Virus record (IMG/VR): IMGVR_UViG_3300023174_000040 | Location: 186,001 to 250,000 of that record | Direction: 5' to 3' (one strand) | Length of the DNA: 64,000 nt | Shown here: positions 45,306 through 53,700 of the stretch, one piece after another | Numbering within the stretch: position 1 is the first letter of the stretch | Layout of the letters: every line of letters starts with the position of its first letter | Translations under genes and position numbers: made by a program | Notes under the pieces: generated by a model | The model's database searches: none | What the model saw: the letters and a program-made list of their open reading frames with translations, nothing else | Told to the model about the DNA's origin: nothing

Positions 45306-45768
45306 CTTTTGCTTCTTTCTTTGCTTTATTTATCGCTTCTAGTAACTGTCTTTTATTGTTTCCTGAATTTATATTTATTGTATTATTTTGATTGGCTGCT
45401 AAGTATTTAGGGAAGGTATCCTTATCTTTTAACTTTATTCTTGTCATTAAATCTGCCATTTTAGCCATTTTATCCGCTACATCGCTTTTTATCTTAACCA
45501 AACTTACAAGAGCTTCTTTGCTTGCACTGGTGCTGTCGCCCTCATTTATTACGAGATCGGCAAAATTACCTATAAATTCATCTATTTGTTTTCTATCTTC
45601 TCTTATATTATTTAGAATCTCGCTGTAGACTCCAGCCAATTCTTCATCAGAAACTATGTGAGAGAGATCATTTTGATTCTGAACAGACGGAAGGTCTACG
45701 TTCATTTGAGGTATTAATTCTTTTGCATCATCTATTTGACTTATTATAATTTGATCTTGATTTTCCAT
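45295..45768 (-). CDS. Hypothetical helical protein
   Basis: 157-aa ORF with NNNTININ-type tail; position could fit a packaging or head gene, but this is not confirmed. Confidence 0.65.
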   Translation of the reverse strand: MENQDQIIISQIDDAKELIPQMNVDLPSVQNQNDLSHIVSDEELAGVYSEILNNIREDRKQIDEFIGNFADLVINEGDSTSASKEALVSLVKIKSDVADKMAKMADLMTRIKLKDKDTFPKYLAANQNNTININSGNNKRQLLEAINKAKKEAKDEN

Positions 45769-45817
45769 AACTATATATATTAGTGAAAGTTTATAAAGTT
45801 TAAGTATATAACAAAAA

Positions 45818-46093
45818 ATGGTCGAAAAAAGAAAAAATCAATCTGGGGACTTGAGTCGCATCGAGCACAAAATCGAGCATTTTGAAGATAAAATAAAAGA
45901 AATGTCCTCGGAGATGGATTCTTTCTCAAAGAAAATTCAAGAATTTGAAATTAAAATGGAAGGAATTAATCTTAGGACATCAAGATCTCAACAAAATTGG
46001 GATCAACTGATTGATTTTATAGTCAAGATATTCTGGGTGGTTGTTGCTTCATATCTATTGTATAAATTGGGAATACAAAGCCCTTCAGTGTGA
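45818..46093 (+). CDS. Coiled-coil protein with C-terminal TM helix (XhlA/holin-like architecture)
   Basis: Heptad-rich N-terminus, then LIDFIVKIFWVVVASYLLYKLG. Confidence 0.6.
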   Translation: MVEKRKNQSGDLSRIEHKIEHFEDKIKEMSSEMDSFSKKIQEFEIKMEGINLRTSRSQQNWDQLIDFIVKIFWVVVASYLLYKLGIQSPSV

Positions 46094-46138
46094 AAAAATA
46101 AATTAAAACAATATATAACAATAACAAAAGGTGAAAAA

Positions 46139-47344
46139 ATGGGAAAATTTCAAGATTACGTTTTATACAAAGAGAACAACTACAAAGAGAACAATATTCC
46201 GGTAGTTTCAAAAGTTAAATTGGCTAGGAATCCAGGAGTAGAAGATTTCCAACCATTCGTAATCGATAAAGACAACCACCCCAGTTTAAGATTGCTTATA
46301 AAAGCTTTCGAAAATAGCCCACAAATAGGTGTTGGTTACACCACCATGGATAAAACAGATGGTGAGGTTGAACCAAAACTTAAAAAGAAAGTCGTCTACT
46401 TAACAGGTGGGGCAGTTCGTGATCATCTAAAAGGAAAGACCCCGAGAAACTATGATCTTGCAACAGATGCCACATCAAGCGAAATTAAATTAATTTTAAA
46501 GGGAAATGGTTTTGAGGAAACTCAGACTCCGAGAAGTAACAAGAGTTTCTTTGCCAGTAGGATGGATGATAAAAATAAGCCCGTAGAATTCACAGTTGTT
46601 ATTAACGGAGAAAACTTTGAATTATCTCCTTTGTCAAAATCCATTAAGAATAGGAATTTAAATGTTGATGGATTTTCAGCAACATCAAGCTTAGAAGACG
46701 ATGCAGCATCAAGAGACTTTACAATAAATGCAATGTATATTCCACTTAAAAATAGTGAAGGAGAAAACACAGAACTACTTGATGTTTATGGTGGTGCTCA
46801 TCATCTTAAAAATGGTCAAATAATCTCTATCGGGAAGTTCTCAAAAAGAGTTGAAGATGACCCAATGACAGCACATAGATATATAAGAATGCAAGCCAGA
46901 TACGGAAATGAAGACATCCCTGAAGATCACATCGAATCTATGGGAAAAATAAACGATCTAAATAAAAACTATAAAAGGGAATACATTCTTGGTCTCGAGA
47001 ATCCCGAAATAAATGACAGAAAATATTTGGATATGTACAAAAACACAGGTCTTTTAAATACAGTTTATCCTTTAGATAATTTAGCTGTGGACGACGTGCC
47101 AGAAAAAGCTTACAATGATAGATTTTTAACTTCTGCTTGGTTGATGAAAGATAAAGCAATAGAACAAGTTAAATTTGCTTTACTATCAGCGGGGTGGGAA
47201 TCAAGAGAAGTAGAAGATATCGCACATCTTATCAGCATGTATCAAGCAGAAAGAAATAATTACCAGCAGGTTTCAACTCCTTGCGGACTTTCTGATAACA
47301 AAGTTAATAAGTGGAAAAAGATATATTCAACATCAGCCTGGTGA
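46139..47344 (+). CDS. Divergent class II tRNA-nucleotidyltransferase paralog with altered catalytic motifs and CTS-like N-terminus
   Basis: GGAVRD present, but DxD reads NYD, RRD reads SRD(FTINA) and EDxxR reads DDPMT; starts MGKFQDYVLYKE. Confidence 0.8.
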   Translation: MGKFQDYVLYKENNYKENNIPVVSKVKLARNPGVEDFQPFVIDKDNHPSLRLLIKAFENSPQIGVGYTTMDKTDGEVEPKLKKKVVYLTGGAVRDHLKGKTPRNYDLATDATSSEIKLILKGNGFEETQTPRSNKSFFASRMDDKNKPVEFTVVINGENFELSPLSKSIKNRNLNVDGFSATSSLEDDAASRDFTINAMYIPLKNSEGENTELLDVYGGAHHLKNGQIISIGKFSKRVEDDPMTAHRYIRMQARYGNEDIPEDHIESMGKINDLNKNYKREYILGLENPEINDRKYLDMYKNTGLLNTVYPLDNLAVDDVPEKAYNDRFLTSAWLMKDKAIEQVKFALLSAGWESREVEDIAHLISMYQAERNNYQQVSTPCGLSDNKVNKWKKIYSTSAW

Positions 47345-48196
47345 TTCTAGGACCAGCTTTTTAGCATTGTTTAGAATCTTGTCTATGCTTCCCGCAGGTA
47401 TCTTATCTTTGAAGTGATTGTAAGCTCCTTTTATCATTTCATGTTCCGGGTTGCATGTTAATTCAAGCCAACCTACAAAATAATTCCAAATTCTATCCTC
47501 TAGAACAAGAGGGTATTTAACGCCTTCGGGCCTACCAAACCGGTGAACCCACTTTAATTGAGGGATACAAATTGCTTTGCCCCCACGTGTTCTAAATTTT
47601 TCATGAATATAACCTTCTTCTCCGCCAAATCCCTTAAAGTGCTGGTTGAATCCGACCCAATTCTTGGTCTCGCATGAAAAAACACCAAGACCATGCATGA
47701 GAATCTCAAAAGGCTCACCTTTTTTCAAGTTTTCATGATCTGTGTGCCAGGTCCCATACATGGAATGATTCCAGACCGGAGAAAAGCTTGTAGATTCATT
47801 TCGCAAATCGTCATAAAGAAGAGGTCCCTGAACTATGTTTTTGCAATCAGGGTTTTGTTCATAATATTTCAAAAGACTTTCTATTGCACCCTTTTGAAAT
47901 AAAACGTGGCAATCCATTGATATGGTATACTTGCCCTTTGCTTGCTTGAATATTTCATTTCTTACTGCAGTGCTTTTCTTTTCTTCATATGGGATATATC
48001 TTCCTCTGGCCCAACTATTAACAAAAGATTTAACCGGTTCGGCATGTTTACCTTTTGGGTTATTATCTATGACTAAAAATTCAACCTGATCAGTGTTGCA
48101 TACTTCGTGATACATGCGAAGTGCTTGGAGAGAGAAATACACTCCATCATAATCATCATAGGTCGCCATTCCGATAGTCAATAATTTTTCACTCAT
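47333..48196 (-). CDS. GT2-family glycosyltransferase
   Basis: LTIGMATYD...VIDNNP...RNEIF...ISMDCH...F.GFGGEE. Confidence 0.8.
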   Translation of the reverse strand: MSEKLLTIGMATYDDYDGVYFSLQALRMYHEVCNTDQVEFLVIDNNPKGKHAEPVKSFVNSWARGRYIPYEEKKSTAVRNEIFKQAKGKYTISMDCHVLFQKGAIESLLKYYEQNPDCKNIVQGPLLYDDLRNESTSFSPVWNHSMYGTWHTDHENLKKGEPFEILMHGLGVFSCETKNWVGFNQHFKGFGGEEGYIHEKFRTRGGKAICIPQLKWVHRFGRPEGVKYPLVLEDRIWNYFVGWLELTCNPEHEMIKGAYNHFKDKIPAGSIDKILNNAKKLVLESPG

Positions 48197-48238
48197 TATT
48201 TTTCCTTTTTTGTATTATAACAATTAATATATTTTATT

Positions 48239-49930
48239 TCAAGATTCTTTTCTTAATTCTGCCGAGTAGTGTTCGAATCTATTGTGTTCGGTTGGTGTCA
48301 TGAGCAAAAGTCCACCTTGAATATTACCTTTTTTAGTTTCTTGGTAAATATAACTCATCCAAGTTTGTTCGTATGAATGAGCCCAAGTAGTTTCTAAAAA
48401 CATTTTTTTGTTTCCTTCTCTGGAGACTACTTGGGGCCAATTGCAATAGTAAACTTCTCCATTTGTATATGGAACTCCTCGATGACTTTTTATGTTATTA
48501 TAAACAGTCTTGGGAGCATTTGGATCGGTTCCTAATTGAGGAAGCTTTTTATTATTTGGCCAATACTTTTCTCTGACATCTTGGGACACGTTATACCAAC
48601 TCCATTGAGTTCCATTGTCTCCAAAAAACTCAGTATAGTTTAATTTTAAAAAATCAAAACTTTCTTTGTTTGCTATTTCCATTGACTTAGAATAAAGATT
48701 CTCTGTTATTCTATTGAAGCCATTTTTACAAAGAGGTTCATTTTTATTTGAATAGAAGAACATATCATCTTCGAAAAACCAATGAAAATCAAATTCGTTT
48801 TGTTCCGCATGATCTGCTATGAATTGTCGGCCACCACATATCCCCAAGTTATCTTTTTTAATATGCTCGAAATTATATTCTTCACATAGTTTGATGTATT
48901 CATCATTCTTCGACAAGTCTGTTGAGTTATTGAGAAGAAATCTTTTCTTGGGTTTTATAAGAAAATCAGAGTCGTATGCTTCCATGCTTTTTAATAATGT
49001 TCTAAATTGATTGGGGCTGTTAAAAGTTATTACGTAAAGCGCAGTGTTATCTGTATCTGATTGACAATTTAATTTATTTTCTTTTACCTTCTCGTTTGTG
49101 AATTCTTTAAGATTCTCAAAGAAAGGATAAACTAAACCGTTTCCCGGTATTTCGTATCTATGAATCAAAGCAGGGTGCCTATGGCATAGTATTGTAAATA
49201 AACACTCATCTGCGCCCATATTCCCCTCTCTGAGGGTTGATTCCATAACCCCATAATAAAGGCTATTAATTTGAGATACTAGTTCTTTTCTTCCGCCAAA
49301 GAATCCCCCTCTTGCAACATAATCTACATAATTAATACCGCAATATTTTGCCATAGCATTTCTTTCAAAGCCATGTATTTCATCGTTAGCGGTATATGGA
49401 TATGTTATGTGCACAAACTTCTTTTGAATTTTACAATAATTATCAAGATTATCGAGAACCTTATCATGTGTAAAAGTTCCCTGGTGGACTGTATTTGTCA
49501 ATCCTCCATCTATCCAAAAGAAATAATCAGATTTAAATGGATTGTAAATGGACGAATCATTTAACATGAACATTTTTGTGAACATCATTGGATTGTAAAA
49601 TTCCAATGCCGCCTGAGGTGATTCTCTAAGCCAACCCGCTCTAGATAGCCATTCCTCATTTTTTCTTATTTCTTGTATTTTATCAAAGAAAGGATTCCAA
49701 GTTTTAAAGTCTTCATTTTCTTTAAAATATATTCTTGTTGGCTTATCCTTCCTTATGTCCAAAACTTCCTGCTCTAGGAATTTTGGAATCCAAATGCACA
49801 TTTGAGCATCAACTTCCAACATCTCAAAAAATCTGGCCTTGTAGTCGCTAAAGTTTCTTTGTGCCCAGCCGTCTAAGCTTTCTCGATTAAGATCCCAAAG
49901 ACCTGTGACAAGGGTAATATTTTTATTCAT
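48239..49930 (-). CDS. HtrL/YibB (WlaTC)-like glycosyltransferase fused to a second GT-like domain
   Basis: ITLVTGLWD...K.FML...FFWIDGG...GGFFGG...DE; C-terminal FFEDD domain. Confidence 0.7.
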   Translation of the reverse strand: MNKNITLVTGLWDLNRESLDGWAQRNFSDYKARFFEMLEVDAQMCIWIPKFLEQEVLDIRKDKPTRIYFKENEDFKTWNPFFDKIQEIRKNEEWLSRAGWLRESPQAALEFYNPMMFTKMFMLNDSSIYNPFKSDYFFWIDGGLTNTVHQGTFTHDKVLDNLDNYCKIQKKFVHITYPYTANDEIHGFERNAMAKYCGINYVDYVARGGFFGGRKELVSQINSLYYGVMESTLREGNMGADECLFTILCHRHPALIHRYEIPGNGLVYPFFENLKEFTNEKVKENKLNCQSDTDNTALYVITFNSPNQFRTLLKSMEAYDSDFLIKPKKRFLLNNSTDLSKNDEYIKLCEEYNFEHIKKDNLGICGGRQFIADHAEQNEFDFHWFFEDDMFFYSNKNEPLCKNGFNRITENLYSKSMEIANKESFDFLKLNYTEFFGDNGTQWSWYNVSQDVREKYWPNNKKLPQLGTDPNAPKTVYNNIKSHRGVPYTNGEVYYCNWPQVVSREGNKKMFLETTWAHSYEQTWMSYIYQETKKGNIQGGLLLMTPTEHNRFEHYSAELRKES

Positions 49931-49971
49931 GATTAATCTTAATATAGATTATTCTGAATAAAAATTATCGT

Positions 49972-50640
49972 TTATGGTTTACCCGGAGCTTTGTTATTCC
50001 ATTGACCACTTTGGAATTTTGCCATGGAGTCAGAAACTGGTGCTGGCACTGCCACAGCGGCTGGAACACTGATTGTAATCCCTGACTTTTTATTTTTAAC
50101 TAGCTGTTGTCCCACTATTATTGCGTTTGGTTTATACTTAACGGATTTGTCTATTTTAAGCTCAGAATAAATTTTTTGAATAAGAGATTCAATGCTACCT
50201 ATAGTGGCTGGGTCACCTTGTATATGGACATGTAAGGACAATTCTTGTGGAAGAGATTTAATACTAGATTGTAACTTTCTTTCTTCTACAAGTCTGTCAT
50301 ATGTATTTTGTTCGATAAGAACGGCTGCCTCTTTAATATTGAAGAGTTGCTGGTGTCCTTGGGAGGTATCTACATCATCAAAATTGTATGATGGGGCCGA
50401 TCCTCTACTGCACGATTTGCCTCCGCAAGCACCATATTTCAAGGGATTAACAATTGTGTTTTTAATACCACCAACAGTTTTTTGTCCACGACCTACTTTC
50501 TGACCTCGGTAAGCATCGATCCAATCGTTGTCTCTTCCTTGTAGGGTATTGGCGGTTAGACCGGCCGCAGCGCCCAAACCGGTTGCAATCTGATTTAAGA
50601 AGGATTCGTTTGCTTCAATCCAATCAATGAATTTTTTCAT
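49972..50640 (-). CDS. CTS-bearing hypothetical protein
   Basis: MKKFIDWIEANE followed by a glycine-zipper-like segment, IATGLGAAAGLTA. Confidence 0.7.
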   Translation of the reverse strand: MKKFIDWIEANESFLNQIATGLGAAAGLTANTLQGRDNDWIDAYRGQKVGRGQKTVGGIKNTIVNPLKYGACGGKSCSRGSAPSYNFDDVDTSQGHQQLFNIKEAAVLIEQNTYDRLVEERKLQSSIKSLPQELSLHVHIQGDPATIGSIESLIQKIYSELKIDKSVKYKPNAIIVGQQLVKNKKSGITISVPAAVAVPAPVSDSMAKFQSGQWNNKAPGKP

Positions 50641-50731
50641 AAATATATATATTAAAACAAGATATAATTTAAAATAAATTATTATATTGATATATATGTT
50701 TTGTACTCAACTCTAAGTAATTTTTTAATAA

Positions 50732-53700
50732 ATGATAGACAATCTAGGGAGAAATATTGATTCGGGATTAAATGCGCAGGATCTCCGTGGATTAATTTCA
50801 TCATTAGCAAAACAAGACACTGGTCCAGCAAAGCCATTTGGCAAAAAAAACGATAATGATCCCACAACTAAATTACTAAAAGATATGGAAACTCTTTCTA
50901 AAGAGTTTCGGTCATCGATACAAGAAACAAAAAAATTAGCGGTTGCAGTTGGTGATTTTTTGAAATCATCCACTAAAGCATCGAGTGGCGGCAATAATAA
51001 ATTCGGACCTATGCTACCTAGAGACATGGGAAGAAAAAATCCCGGAAACAAGAAGATGGAAGCTTCGATGACCAAACTGGCTGAGCATGGGCTAAAAAAG
51101 GGAAGTATATTTACACACGATTTCAAATTAGGAGAAATAATGAAATCGTTGGCAAAAAGCCTGCGGAAAGGTTTTGGTGCAATGACAGGTGGTACAGGTA
51201 GTGGAACCGGCGGGGGTGGTGGAGGCAGCGGAGGAGGAGGAGGAAGAGGAGGAGGATATGGAGGTTACGGAAGAGAAGACCCAGATCAACTCGCAGCCTT
51301 AAACTCACTTAGAAGAAAAAAGCAATCAATCGGAGATATATCCAGAAGCCTCGCAGTTTCTCAAGAAACAATGCTTGGCTACACGGCTTTCAGCAAAATC
51401 ACAGATGGCATTGTCAAGAAAGAAAGAGAATTCTCACAAAGCGTTAGAGCAGTTGCGTATGAAACAGAAGGTGTAACAAAAAATTCAAGAAGCTTGCAGA
51501 AAACCTATGAAGATATAGGAAGGGTTTCAAAAATAACAGGTTTTGAAAGAGATAAGACACAAGCATCTTATATTTCGAATCTAAAGAAAGGATTCAAAGA
51601 TCAAAAAGCAGCTTTAAATGTATCTAAAACCCAGTTAAACACAGAGAAGATGATAGGCGTGGAAGCTGGAGTGTTAGGGGATACTTTCTCCGGGATGGCT
51701 TTATCGACAGGTATGACTGAAAATCAATTAGCACAATTCGGAAGAAGCATAAAGGAAACGGCAAGAAATACAGGAGTAACAGGAGATAATCTTGCTAACG
51801 CAGTCAAACAAAGTGATCAATTTATAAAAAATCTAAGAAATGGAGCCAGATTAACTACGTCTGCCGCTTCTAATATGGTCGAAATGATGGCTAGCGCAGA
51901 AAAATTTGGAGTATCCGAGCAGATGGGTTCAATAGCAGGTGTTGCAACCAAAGGATTGAGTGGATTGATGGAAGCATCATCTCAACAAAAGGCATTGTTA
52001 TATCAGGCTGCAGGCGCTATGGGAGCAACAAGTGAACTCATGTCGGGCACTCTATTGAGCACTAAAGAAGGAATGAAAAAGCTAGCAGGAGGAATGGAAA
52101 GCATCCTTGGCAACTTTGGAGTAACCTCCTTAGATCAAATAGCCAACATGAGCGATGAACAGAAGTCCACACTAGATGCACAATTAAGATCTGGGTACGG
52201 CATGGGATTGGGAGAATTCCAAAAGAGCATAGAAGCAACAAGAGAAGCCTCAAAGGGACTAGACGAAAAATTAAGTGACATAACAACCAAGCAAAAACAA
52301 AACTTAACTCTGGGTGAAAAAAATCTCCTTCTGGATCAGCAAAGATCATTAACTACAGGCGGATCTTTAGACATAATGTCGCAACTTGACGAAGTTGCTA
52401 AGAGTGCTGGAGATATGGACGCAGCATTTGATAAATTTGGATCAAAACTTCCAGGAATGGACAAAGACTTAAAAGCTCTTGGCATAACTGCAACTGACTC
52501 TAAGGGTGTTGCGAAACAATCTATAGAGACTGCGTTAAAGGGTATAAATGAAGGCTTAAAAAAGGCTAAGAAAAAAGAATTAAATATAACTTCGAGTCAA
52601 ATAGAGAACGCCTTAAAAGATCCCAAGTCATATAGAGAACTAGTTAAAACAATGGGTGATGCCAATGCAGAACTTGGCGTAAAAGAAAAGAGTCAAGTAG
52701 ATGCGTTGACCGATGTAAATCAATCTTTAAATGAATTGAACGATACCTTAAGAGTAACATCTCTAGGAGTTATAGGCGGACTATTAAATCAGCCTGGTTT
52801 GGCTAAGACATTGACAGGGGTTTTTGGGGCGGCGGGTGGCATAGCAGACATAATGGGCAAAGCCACAGATTATCAGATTAATAAATTAGAGGCAATAATC
52901 TATGGCACAGCTAGCGCCGGCGGCGCAGGAGGTGGAGCGGCGGCGAGTGCCATAGTAGCAGCACTGCCCGGGATAGCAGCAGGGGCGGCGATATTGGTAG
53001 GTGTAGCAGGAGCTATAATGGGAAGTATGGCAGCAGGGGAGCAAGCTGCTGAAATATTTGGAATCTCTCAAGAAAAATTAACTACTGCCGAATATTATGC
53101 TGCTAAGGGTGCGGGCGCTGTTACAGGAGCATTAAATTATTTAACTTTTGGAATTTTTGACAGTCTGTTAGGATCGACAGGAACGCTGACTATAGCATTG
53201 GCGAAGTTTAATAAAATGATACCTATATTGAGTGCAGTGATGGCAATCATAGATGCAATAGCAGGAGCAATTTGGGGGTTAATAACTAGTGTGGGGGATG
53301 TTCTTGCGGGAATAGGCGAGATGGTTTATTTTGCAATCGCTCCCATAGGCAGTGTCTTTATTGCTATCGGTGACGCAGTTGGAAGCATACTTGGACCACT
53401 ATTTAATTTTAATTCCAAGATGGAAGAGACTGGTAGTTTCTTTACAATTTTCGCAAATATTTTTGGAGGTATAGGCAAAGCAATACGAACTGTTTTAAGA
53501 GTTGTTGGCATGTTCATTGGTGGAATAGTTAGCTTATTCACGATGGTGTTGGCTCCTGTGATCAGAATTATAGGACAAGCCATAGGACTTGTTACCTCTG
53601 TAATAGGAATGTTGTTAAATTCGTTATACAATAGAGCATTGGGAATACTTCAATTCTTTGAAGGTGTATTTACTTTAAACTTAGGCAAGATTTTTGAGGG

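Noticed and set aside
46139-47344. Bacterial poly(A) polymerase (PcnB)
   Set aside because: The PAP-specific G(R/K)RF signature is absent and the catalytic and templating motifs are altered.
29406-49930. Eukaryotic giant virus (NCLDV) origin suggested by the many glycosyltransferases
   Set aside because: Shine-Dalgarno sites, sigma70 promoters, a lipoprotein signal, MscL and the myophage baseplate indicate a bacteriophage.
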